From the NCBI GenBank assembly GCA_965228735.1, contig OZ245838.1, positions 4,288,001 to 4,352,000 of the forward strand: a stretch of 64,000 bases of DNA, read 5' to 3'. The translations under genes and the position numbers were made by a program. This document shows positions 19,668 through 28,120 of this stretch, piece after piece; within the stretch, counting starts at the first letter, position 1, and each line of letters starts with the position of its first letter. The notes beneath the pieces are model-generated. The model saw only the letters and a program-made list of their open reading frames with translations. It did no database searches and was not told where the DNA came from. Source of the stretch: Planctomycetota bacterium (GTDB lineage: Bacteria; Planctomycetota; UBA1135; UBA2386).

Positions 19668-21139
19668 TCGGCGGCGCCAACCGCGAACCGGGCGAGCGCC
19701 GCGAACTCGTCGTGATGAAGTTCGGCGGCTCGTCGCTGCAGGACGCCGACCGATTGCGCGCGGCCGTCGATCGCGTGGTGGCCGCCCGCGATCAGCAGCC
19801 GTGCGTCGTGCTGTCCGCGATGGGCCGCACGACCGACACGCTCCTCTGCGCCGCGCGCGCGGCCGAGGCCGGCGGTGACGACGCCGGCACCGAGGCGCTC
19901 GCCATCGCCGACGGCGTGTTCGCCGATGCGGCGAAAGTTGCGGACGAGGCCCTGACCGGCGTGGCCGCGATGGACGAGGCGGCCGCGGTCGCGAACGTTC
20001 TCGCCGAACTCCGCGCCGAGGTCCTCGTGCTGCTGCGTGGCACTCACCTCCTGCGCGAACTGTCGTCCCGCACCCGGGACGCGATCGTCGCGCACGGCGA
20101 ACGCGCGGCCACGGCGCTGTTCTCGGCGATGCTCCGCCAGCGCGGCATCGAGACCGTGGAGGTCGACGCGCGGACCGTCATCCGCACGGACGATCGCTTC
20201 GGCAACGCGCGTCCTGATCCGACCGCGATCCGTGACCTCGCCAGGGCCCGGATCGCACCCGTGCTCGAACGCGGCGCCGTCGTCGTCACGCAGGGCTTCA
20301 TCGGCGCGACCGCCCAAGGCTTCACGACGACGCTCGGCCGCGGCGGCAGCGACTGGTCCGCAGCGTTGCTCGGCGCGGCCCTCGGCGCGACCGAGGTGCA
20401 GATCTGGACCGACGTCGAGGGGGTCCTCTCGGCCGACCCACGGACGGTTCCGAACGCCCGCCCCGTGCCGGTCCTGAGTCCGCCCGAAGCCGCCGAGCTC
20501 GCGGCGTTCGGCGCCCGCGTGCTGCACCCCGCGACGATCCAGCCCGCGATCGACGCCGCGATCCCGGTCACCGTGCGTCACACGATGCGCCCCGACGGCG
20601 CGTTCACCACGATCGACCCGCGGCGAACCCACACGGCCCGCGGCGTCGCCGCGCTGGCGCACCGCGGCCCCGTCACCGTCCTGACGATGACGAGTCGTCG
20701 CATGCTCGCAGCCGCGGGCTACCTCGCGCGGTTGTTCCAGGCGTTCGGCGACCTCGACATCTGCGTCGACCTCGTCGTCACGGCGGAGGTGTCGGTCGCG
20801 TGCACGGTCGAACCCGACGCCCCGCTGGACCGGCTGGTCGCGGCGCTCGACGGGCTCGCGCACGTCGAGATCGCGCGCGATCGCGCGATCGTCGCGGCGG
20901 TCGGCGAGGGCCTGCGGCGCTCACCCGGAACGATCGAGCGCGCCGCCAAGGCCCTCCGCCCCATCGTGCCCGAGCTCGTCAGCATGGGCGGCAACGACCG
21001 CAACCTGTCCGTCGTCGTCGCCATGCACGAAGTCGACGACGCGATGCGACGGCTGCACGACGCGTTCTTCCCGCGGTCCCGGCGCGCGCCGGGCGGCGGT
21101 ACGACGACCATCAACAAGACCGAAGAGAGCCCGGCCTGA
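19664..21139 (+). CDS. lysC: Aspartate kinase (lysine-sensitive AKIII-like, two ACT domains)
   Basis: VMKFGGSS, VLSAMG.TTD, QGFIG...TTLGRGGSD.SA, IWTDVEG, FGARVLHP; ATGA overlap with the upstream gene. Confidence 0.93.
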   Translation: MIGGANREPGERRELVVMKFGGSSLQDADRLRAAVDRVVAARDQQPCVVLSAMGRTTDTLLCAARAAEAGGDDAGTEALAIADGVFADAAKVADEALTGVAAMDEAAAVANVLAELRAEVLVLLRGTHLLRELSSRTRDAIVAHGERAATALFSAMLRQRGIETVEVDARTVIRTDDRFGNARPDPTAIRDLARARIAPVLERGAVVVTQGFIGATAQGFTTTLGRGGSDWSAALLGAALGATEVQIWTDVEGVLSADPRTVPNARPVPVLSPPEAAELAAFGARVLHPATIQPAIDAAIPVTVRHTMRPDGAFTTIDPRRTHTARGVAALAHRGPVTVLTMTSRRMLAAAGYLARLFQAFGDLDICVDLVVTAEVSVACTVEPDAPLDRLVAALDGLAHVEIARDRAIVAAVGEGLRRSPGTIERAAKALRPIVPELVSMGGNDRNLSVVVAMHEVDDAMRRLHDAFFPRSRRAPGGGTTTINKTEESPA

Positions 21140-21143
21140 CACC

Positions 21144-21884
21144 ATGACCAATCCCGACACCCGAGACCTCCGCCTCGGCATCTTCGGCAAGGGCCGGCTC
21201 GGCAACGCCATCGCCGAACACCCCGGCGCGACGGTGGCGTGGCAGGTGACCCGCGAGAACCCGCCCGAGGGCGTCGACGTCGCGATCGAAGCGTCGAGCG
21301 GCAACGCCGTCGATGCCCGCATCGACTGGGCTCTCGCCACCGGCACGCCGCTCGTCATCGGCAGCACGGGCTGGGAACTGCCCGACCTGCAGGACCGCAT
21401 CGGAGACCGCATCGGCGTCGTGACCGCGCCGAACTTCTCCCTGGGCGTCGCGTTGCTGCGGCGGTTCTCGACCGTGCTCGCGCGCTTCTGCGCCGACGCA
21501 CCCGAACGCGACCCGTACGTCGTCGAGCACCACCACGCGAGGAAGCACGACGCGCCGTCCGGCACGGCCAGGCTGCTCGCCGAGACCGTCCTCGCGGCAT
21601 GCCCGCGCAAGACGCGGTGGGCGCTCGGCGGCCCGCTCACGGAGGAGACGCTCAGCGTCGCGGCGATCCGCGCGGGCAGCACCTACAGCGATCACATCGT
21701 CGGAGTCGACGCGCCCGCCGAGGTGATCGAACTCCGGCATCACGCGCGCAGCGCCGCGACGTTCGCGGCCGGCGCGGTGTCGGCCGCACGTTGGATCCGC
21801 GGCCGCACCGGCGTGCATTCGATGGACGACGTCGCGCGCACGGTGCTCGACCCGCTGTTCTCCGGCCTGGGAGGTGAGTCATGA
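21144..21884 (+). CDS. dapB: 4-hydroxy-tetrahydrodipicolinate reductase
   Basis: G.GRLG, VIGSTGW, APNFSLGV, EHHHARKHDAPSGTA, FAAGA. Confidence 0.92.
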   Translation: MTNPDTRDLRLGIFGKGRLGNAIAEHPGATVAWQVTRENPPEGVDVAIEASSGNAVDARIDWALATGTPLVIGSTGWELPDLQDRIGDRIGVVTAPNFSLGVALLRRFSTVLARFCADAPERDPYVVEHHHARKHDAPSGTARLLAETVLAACPRKTRWALGGPLTEETLSVAAIRAGSTYSDHIVGVDAPAEVIELRHHARSAATFAAGAVSAARWIRGRTGVHSMDDVARTVLDPLFSGLGGES

Positions 21885-22771
21885 ACGTTCCGTTCCGCGG
21901 CCTCGGGGTCGCCCTCGCGACGCCGTTCCACAACGACGGCATGCTCGACACCGACGCGTTGCAGCGGCTCACCGAGCACGTGACCCGACGCGGCGCGGAC
22001 TTCGTCGTGGCGCTCGGCTCGACCGGCGAAGCCGCGATGCTGACCGAGGCCGAACGCGACGAGGTCGTGCAACTCGTGCGCCGGACGACGACGCTGCCCG
22101 TGCTCGTCGGGACGGGCGCCCCCGCGACCGCACCGGCGGTGCAGTGGACGATCCGCGCCCGCGAGCTCGGCGCGGCCGGCGCACTCGCCGTCGTGCCGCC
22201 CTACACCAAGCCCACGCAAGCCGGCCTCGTCGCGCACTTCGCGGCGATCGCCGCGGCCGCGCCCGAGCTGCCGATCATGCTCTACAACGTGCCGGGCCGC
22301 ACCGGCACGACGTTGGAGCCGGGCACACTCGCCGAGCTGTGGAGCCACCCGAACGTCGTCGCGATCAAGGAGTCGTCCGGTGACCTGCAACGGATCGGTC
22401 GGATCGCGAGCGAGCTGCCCGCGGGCAAGTTGCTGTTCGCGGGCGACGACGCCCTCGCGCTGCCGACGATCGCGGTCGGCGGCCACGGCCTCGTGTCGGT
22501 CGCGGGCAACGTCGTCCCGGACCGCATGAAGCGACTGGTGACGACCGCGATCGAAGGCGACGGCGAGACTGCGCGCGAGCTGCACGCAGAGCTACTGCCG
22601 CTGTTCGACGCGCTCTCACTCGAACCGAACCCGATTCCGATCAAGGCCGCGCTCGAGCTCATCGGGCTCGCCGGCTCGACCCCACGGCTGCCGCTGCTCA
22701 CCGCCAGCACCCTGACAAGAGAACGACTGCAGACGGCGCTCGCTCGCCAGCGCGAGGTGATTCATGGCTGA
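21881..22771 (+). CDS. dapA: 4-hydroxy-tetrahydrodipicolinate synthase
   Basis: ALATPF, GSTGE, PPYTKP, LYNVPGRTG, IKES, GDD, PNPIPIKAAL. Confidence 0.95.
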   Translation: MNVPFRGLGVALATPFHNDGMLDTDALQRLTEHVTRRGADFVVALGSTGEAAMLTEAERDEVVQLVRRTTTLPVLVGTGAPATAPAVQWTIRARELGAAGALAVVPPYTKPTQAGLVAHFAAIAAAAPELPIMLYNVPGRTGTTLEPGTLAELWSHPNVVAIKESSGDLQRIGRIASELPAGKLLFAGDDALALPTIAVGGHGLVSVAGNVVPDRMKRLVTTAIEGDGETARELHAELLPLFDALSLEPNPIPIKAALELIGLAGSTPRLPLLTASTLTRERLQTALARQREVIHG

Positions 22772-23588
22772 CTTCGAGATCTCCGAACTCCAGGACTTCT
22801 TCGCCCGCGACGACGCGGAACTGCTCGCGGACGAGCGCTGGCCCGAGGCCCATCTCGCGCTCCTGCGGTGCCTCGAGTCGGGCGCGATCCGCGCGGCCCG
22901 CCGCGACGACGACGGCCGATGGCACGCCAACGCGTGGGTCAAGCGCGGCATCCTCGTCGGCTTCCGCCGCGGCGAGCTCGCGCGGATCCCGGCCGAACCC
23001 GCACCGTTCTTCGACAAGTCGACCTACCCGCTGCGCACGTTCGAGCTCGCCGAGAAGGTGCGCCTCGTGCCGGGCGGCTCCGCCGTGCGTCGCGGCGCCT
23101 ACGTAGCACCCGGTGTCGTCATGATGCCGCCGGCCTACGTCAACGTCGGGGCGTGGGTCGGCAGCGGCACGATGGTCGACAGTCACGCCCTCGTCGGTTC
23201 GTGCGCGCAGGTCGGCGAGAACGTGCACGTCTCCGCCGCGGCGCAGATCGGCGGCGTGCTCGAGCCCGCGCACCAGAGCCCCGTCGTCGTCGAGGACGGC
23301 GCGTTCCTCGGCGGACTGACCGGTGTGTTCGAGGGCGTGGTCATCCGCGAGAACGTCGTGCTCGCCGCCGGCGTCGTCCTCACGGCAGCGACCGTCGTCC
23401 ACGATCTCGTGCACGACTGCCCGCGCCGTGGCGAGATCCCGGCCGGCGCCGTCGTCATCCCCGGCACGCGCCCGGCGCGCGGCGACTACGCGGAGCAGAA
23501 CGGGCTGCAGATCGCGGCTCCGCTGATCGTGAAGTATCGCGACGCGAGCACGGACGCGGCCACCGCGCTCGAGACCGCCCTGCGGTAA
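22764..23588 (+). CDS. dapD: Tetrahydrodipicolinate N-succinyltransferase
   Basis: WVKRGIL..FR, R.VP...VRRGAY, YVNVGA.V..GTMVD...VGSCAQVG..VH.S...IGGVLEP. Confidence 0.95.
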   Translation: MADFEISELQDFFARDDAELLADERWPEAHLALLRCLESGAIRAARRDDDGRWHANAWVKRGILVGFRRGELARIPAEPAPFFDKSTYPLRTFELAEKVRLVPGGSAVRRGAYVAPGVVMMPPAYVNVGAWVGSGTMVDSHALVGSCAQVGENVHVSAAAQIGGVLEPAHQSPVVVEDGAFLGGLTGVFEGVVIRENVVLAAGVVLTAATVVHDLVHDCPRRGEIPAGAVVIPGTRPARGDYAEQNGLQIAAPLIVKYRDASTDAATALETALR

Positions 23589-23603
23589 CCCGGCAGTCGG
23601 CGC

Positions 23604-25718
23604 CTACTTGACGTAGGTGTAGACGCCGCCCGACTCACTGGCGAGGCGGCGCAGGAGCTCGGTGTCGACACCGAAGCCGATCGTGTGCACCACGATCTGC
23701 CGCAGCCGGTTCCAGCGCCGCACCTCGTCCGCGATCTCTTCCGAGTTGGTGATCTCACCGCCGCTCGGCTCGCCGTCCGTCAGCAGGTAGATGGTGTCGA
23801 CCTTGGGATCCAGGAAGGCCTGCTCGAGCGCGCCGTAGATGTTGGTGCCACCGCCGGCGCGCAGCTTATTGGTGCGATCGATGATCGACTTGCGGTTCTC
23901 GTCCTCGGCCTGGCGCAGCTCGTCCCAGAGCGGCGTCACGCCCGTGCTGAACGTCACGAGGTTGACCCACTGCTTGCTCGGCATCGCGTTGAGCGCCTTG
24001 ATGAGCTCGCGCTTCGCCGCGTCGAGGCGGCGCATCTTCTTGTTCGTGCCGAACGCCTGGATCGGTCCGTTCATCGACCCGCTCGTGTCGATGATGAAGG
24101 TCACGTGTCGGCTGACGAGCGGGATGCCGAAGTAGGCCGAGGTCTGCCCCGCGAGGCCGCCGAGGCCGGCCTTGACCGTGTTCGGATGCGGCAGGGTGAA
24201 CCCCGACCTGGCCTGCCGCCACCAGTCGCGCCACTCGTTCTTGCTGAAGCGCCGGGTACCGGTGTGGACGAACAGCGCATTGCCGAGCTCGGCCAGCAGC
24301 CGATCCTCTTCCTTGTCGAAGCGCCCGATGAGCAGCGGGATCGACGACACGTCACGGAACTTGGTGAGGTACCGGATCGCGGCGGCTCGCAGCTGCCAGT
24401 CGCGCTCGTTGAGGCTCTTCTGCGCGATCTCGATCGCGTCGTCCGCGTCGAGCTCGGCGAGCAGGGTGAGGCCGACCGTCCGCACGTCGTCGTCCTGTGA
24501 CGCGGCGAGGCGGAGCACGTCCTTCTTCCACTCGGGATCACGGCGCAGAACGTCGTGCAGCCCGACCACGAGATCGAGCGTGGCACGCTTCGGCCGGCGC
24601 AGCTTGCGGCGAACCCGCTCGACCATCGGAGCGACGATCTCGGGCGGCGCCTGACGCAGCAGCAGCAGCGCCGCATCGCGCGTGTTGCGATCATCGTTCT
24701 CCAGGCCGTGCCGCGCCATGAACCGCATGAGGTCATGGTCCTTCGCGGCCTTCGGCGCGGCCGCGCGCAGCGCCTTCTTCACGCCCGCGTCACCGCTGCG
24801 ACCGTAGCGCAGCAGCAGCGGATAGAGCTCCGGGTCGCGCACGAGCACGATGCCGCCGATCATCTCGACCGCGACTTCCGCGGTCGGGCCTTCCGGCATG
24901 CGCTCGAGCAGGTCGATCGCATAGTCCGCCGCGCGCGGGTGCGCCTCGACCGCGAGCTGCCGCCACGCGATCGCGCCGCCGAGCAGCGAACCGCGCCGCA
25001 CGAGCTTGATGCGCGCGTTGCTGATCTCGTTGACGCCCTTCACGGGATCGATGATGCGCAGCAGCTTGATCTTGTCCTTCGACGTGCCCTGATCGAAGAT
25101 CGACGCGATCTGCCGCAGCGCGGGCTCGCAGTTGGCGCGACAGATCGCCTGCAACGCCGTCGTGCGCACGGCCTCCTCGGCGCCGTCCGAACCCTTCCGC
25201 AGCATGCGGCAGACGCGGTCGATCTCGTTCTGCCCCATCGCGAGCAGCGCGAGCGTCGCGTTGTGCCGCACGGCCCACGGCGCCTTCTTGTGATGCAGCA
25301 CGCGCCACACGTCGCTCTCCAGCTCGGGCCGCGGCGCCTTGGAGATCGCCTCGAGGATCGGCGCCGCCGTCGGTTCGGGGCCGAGCTCCTCGAGCTGGTT
25401 CCGCAGGTACTCGGTGACCAACTCGTGGTCGACTTCACCGAGCCACAGCAGCTGCTTCCGGGCCTTGCGCGCGAGCTTCTTGTTGCCCTTGACGTTCTCG
25501 TAGTCCGCGATCGCCTTCCTGGCCTTCGCCGCCAGCTTGTCGACCGTGGCCGCCGCGGGTTCCTGGGCCCGGGCCGCCGGCACACCCAGCACCTGGGTAA
25601 CGAGAACCGGCACGGCCAGCACCGAGCTCGTCGCGGGCAAGGTCAACGCGCACAGCGCGGTCATGACCGGACGCAGGAGGCGGCTGCGGGCACGGATTCT
25701 GGGTTGTGGACGCTCCAT
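23604..25718 (-). CDS. Secreted HEAT-repeat protein with C-terminal VWA domain
   Basis: Helical HEAT-like repeats (DWQLRAAAIRYL); W..WW linker; YFGIP..S..V.FIIDTSGSM MIDAS, GGTN, LLTDG. Start 25718 or 25664. Confidence 0.85.
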   Translation of the reverse strand: MERPQPRIRARSRLLRPVMTALCALTLPATSSVLAVPVLVTQVLGVPAARAQEPAAATVDKLAAKARKAIADYENVKGNKKLARKARKQLLWLGEVDHELVTEYLRNQLEELGPEPTAAPILEAISKAPRPELESDVWRVLHHKKAPWAVRHNATLALLAMGQNEIDRVCRMLRKGSDGAEEAVRTTALQAICRANCEPALRQIASIFDQGTSKDKIKLLRIIDPVKGVNEISNARIKLVRRGSLLGGAIAWRQLAVEAHPRAADYAIDLLERMPEGPTAEVAVEMIGGIVLVRDPELYPLLLRYGRSGDAGVKKALRAAAPKAAKDHDLMRFMARHGLENDDRNTRDAALLLLRQAPPEIVAPMVERVRRKLRRPKRATLDLVVGLHDVLRRDPEWKKDVLRLAASQDDDVRTVGLTLLAELDADDAIEIAQKSLNERDWQLRAAAIRYLTKFRDVSSIPLLIGRFDKEEDRLLAELGNALFVHTGTRRFSKNEWRDWWRQARSGFTLPHPNTVKAGLGGLAGQTSAYFGIPLVSRHVTFIIDTSGSMNGPIQAFGTNKKMRRLDAAKRELIKALNAMPSKQWVNLVTFSTGVTPLWDELRQAEDENRKSIIDRTNKLRAGGGTNIYGALEQAFLDPKVDTIYLLTDGEPSGGEITNSEEIADEVRRWNRLRQIVVHTIGFGVDTELLRRLASESGGVYTYVK

Positions 25719-25860
25719 TCGACGTGCGAGGGGGCGGGGCAGCCGCACGTTGTACTCGATGCGTCGGGCAGGGTCATCCCCTGCGCGAGCGGGCGGGGCA
25801 TTCTGGGCCACCGCATGGCCGCCAGTCGGGCCCGGTCGTTCCCGCTGGCGGATCCGGGCC

Positions 25861-26196
25861 TCAGCCCGCGAGGAAGCCGTTGTCGAGGATCGCGCGCGCC
25901 GCGTTCGCGATCGCGTCCGGCGTCGCGAGCGTGCCGGCCTCGAGGCGCGCCTTCGCCGCCGCGACGATCTCGTGACGTTCGCTGCCCTGGTTGCGGGCGC
26001 GCTCGGCGAGGCCTTCGACCGCAGCGAGCGTGTCCCGCCCGCCGTCGCTGATCTCGGCGTGGTCGTCGCCCTTCACCTGCGGCGGGTGCGGCTGCAGGAC
26101 GACGGTCTTCAGCGCCTTCGGCGCCGGCTGACCGTTCGCCCGGTCGACGGTCGCGCGCTCCGCGTTGGCCGTGTCGGCGGTGGTTCGGATGTTCAT
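25861..26196 (-). CDS. flgM: FlgM-like anti-sigma28 factor
   Basis: 111 aa; DHAEIS and C-terminal R.E.V...K.RLEAG...D....A.AIL pattern; sigma28 promoter upstream; adjacent to flagellar operon. Confidence 0.7.
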   Translation of the reverse strand: MNIRTTADTANAERATVDRANGQPAPKALKTVVLQPHPPQVKGDDHAEISDGGRDTLAAVEGLAERARNQGSERHEIVAAAKARLEAGTLATPDAIANAARAILDNGFLAG

Positions 26197-26213
26197 GGAT
26201 TTCCTCGGGTAGA

Positions 26214-26240
26214 TCATCGGCCGCGGCGGGGCCCGCTTGA
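26214..26240 (-). promoter_or_regulatory. sigma28 (FliA) promoter of flgM
   Basis: Minus strand TCAA-N15-GCCGATGA versus consensus TAAA-N15-GCCGATAA, followed by GAGG RBS and ATG. Confidence 0.75.
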
Positions 26241-26502
26241 GAGCCAGTCGCGAAAAAACCGGCCATGCCACGGGCCGGTAGTGACGCTCGGAGACGCAGG
26301 CCCCATGGCGCGGACCGCGCGGACTGGCGGCGGCATCGCGCGGCGACGCCGATGGCCGTCGGCAAGTCCTGCCACCCTCGGCAACTCCTTCCGATCCGGG
26401 CGGCGGCACGAACTGCCGCCGCGGCTCGCCAGCGCCCGACCAACCTCAGGGGAAACCCGGAGGTCGGACACCGGAACGGCCCCGAACCGTCCCGAGCACG
26501 GC

Positions 26503-26519
26503 TTGGCACGCCGGGTGCT
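26503..26519 (+). promoter_or_regulatory. sigma54 (RpoN) -24/-12 promoter of the fliK-flg operon
   Basis: TTGGCACGCCGGGTGCT = GG-N10-GC, about 30 bp upstream of the fliK start and GGAG RBS. Confidence 0.75.
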
Positions 26520-26548
26520 TTCTGGTCGGCGGAGGAGAGGCGACATCG

Positions 26549-27613
26549 ATGACGATGCTCGACACATTGCGAGGAACATTCGGGGCGGACCCGTTGCGCG
26601 TGCCGAAGCCGGCGAGGATGTCGGAATCGGACGGCGCGTTCAGAGCGGCGCTCGAGTCTGCCGACGATGCCCGCGTCGACGCCGAGCCGACGCCTCCCGA
26701 GACGACCGAACCGGTCGCGGACATCGACGAGGAACTCAGTGAGGCCCACGACGAAGCGTTCGCCGAACGTGAGCCGACACCGGACGCCGACGCGCAGGAC
26801 AACGCGCACGACCGCCACACGGCCAACGGTCCACTGCCCGCCCAGGCGAATGCGGACCAGGTGACGACAGCGACCATCAGCGGGCGAGAGTCGGGCAGGC
26901 GCACCGACGCAGGCAAAGGAACCGACTCTCCCCGCACCTCCTCCCGACCGCTGGAAGGCAACGACCTGCTGGACGAGCTGGCCGCGCACGGTGCGCGCAG
27001 AAGCTCGGTGGACAGCGCCACGTTCGCCAGCGGTGTGCACAACGGACCGATCGCGGCCATCGATTCCGGCGCGCAGCGATCCGGCGGCGACCCGATGCTG
27101 CGTGCGGTCGACGGCGGCAACGGCCGCGCCACGACGGGCGCGACGGCGACCGCGGTCAAGCCCGCGTTCCGCACGAACGGTGCCGCAACCGCGCAGATGC
27201 TCGAGCAGGCGCGCGAGTCGATCTTCAAGCAGATCCTGCTCAAGCTCGCGGACGGCGGCGGCGAGATGCGGATGCGGCTCGACCCGCCCGAGTTCGGCGA
27301 GCTCGACCTGCGCATGGTCGTCGAGCACGGCAACCGCATGACGCTCGCCGTCCAGGCCGAACGGCCAGAGCTCGCGGACCTGATGCAGCGCCACCTCGGC
27401 GAGCTGACGCAGGCGCTCGCCGATGCGGGCATCCAGCTCGACCAGGCCGACATCGCGGCCCGCGACACGGACAGCGAGCTCGACGACGACCTCGCGGCCT
27501 TCGGCGACAACGCCGGCAGCAGCAGCGACGGCGAAGCCGAGGGCGAGCGCGACGAATCCACCGGTCCGCGGGGCGGCTACATCCGCGCCGACGGCCTCGA
27601 CTACTGGGTCTAG
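26549..27613 (+). CDS. fliK: Flagellar hook-length control protein
   Basis: Low-complexity N-terminus; C-terminal MRLDPPEFGELDL...LTQALADAGI; upstream of flgD. Confidence 0.88.
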   Translation: MTMLDTLRGTFGADPLRVPKPARMSESDGAFRAALESADDARVDAEPTPPETTEPVADIDEELSEAHDEAFAEREPTPDADAQDNAHDRHTANGPLPAQANADQVTTATISGRESGRRTDAGKGTDSPRTSSRPLEGNDLLDELAAHGARRSSVDSATFASGVHNGPIAAIDSGAQRSGGDPMLRAVDGGNGRATTGATATAVKPAFRTNGAATAQMLEQARESIFKQILLKLADGGGEMRMRLDPPEFGELDLRMVVEHGNRMTLAVQAERPELADLMQRHLGELTQALADAGIQLDQADIAARDTDSELDDDLAAFGDNAGSSSDGEAEGERDESTGPRGGYIRADGLDYWV

Positions 27614-27622
27614 GAGAAACCA

Positions 27623-28072
27623 ATGCCAACCATCAATTCGAGCATCCAATCCCTGAACAGCGTCGGCGGCACGTCGGTGCTGTCGACACGGCAGGCCGAC
27701 TACGGCGACAACCCGTTCCTGCGCCTGCTCACCGAGCAGCTGCGCAACCAGACGCCGCTGGATCCGGTCGACAACGAGAGCTTCATGAACCAGATGGCGA
27801 GCTACTCCAACATGGAGGAGCAGCGCCAGCTCAACGACAACATGCTCAAGCTGCTCGACTACCAGGGTCTCCTGGCGCGCGTGCAGGGGCTCGGCGAAGG
27901 GAGCGCGCTGCTCGGCAAGGAAGTGACGTTCACGCAGGACGGCGTCGAGACCTCGGACACCGTCGACTCGCTCTACGTCGCGGAGACCGGCGACATCCGA
28001 CTCCGGCTCGCCGGCGGCAGCGAGATCGACATGCGCTCCGTCATCGGCATCGCCCAACCGAGCAACGGCTGA
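27623..28072 (+). CDS. flgD: Flagellar hook capping protein
   Basis: FLRLLTEQLRNQTPLDPVDNESFMNQMASYS.MEE, LLGKEV. Confidence 0.92.
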   Translation: MPTINSSIQSLNSVGGTSVLSTRQADYGDNPFLRLLTEQLRNQTPLDPVDNESFMNQMASYSNMEEQRQLNDNMLKLLDYQGLLARVQGLGEGSALLGKEVTFTQDGVETSDTVDSLYVAETGDIRLRLAGGSEIDMRSVIGIAQPSNG

Positions 28073-28120
28073 GTAGCAGCCTCCCACTCGTTCCAACACA
28101 ACTGAGAGCCCAATCGCACC

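Noticed and set aside
26254..26270. Second, sigma54-type promoter for flgM (minus strand TGGCATGGCCGGTTTTT)
   Set aside because: Good -24 element, but the conserved GC at -12 is absent.
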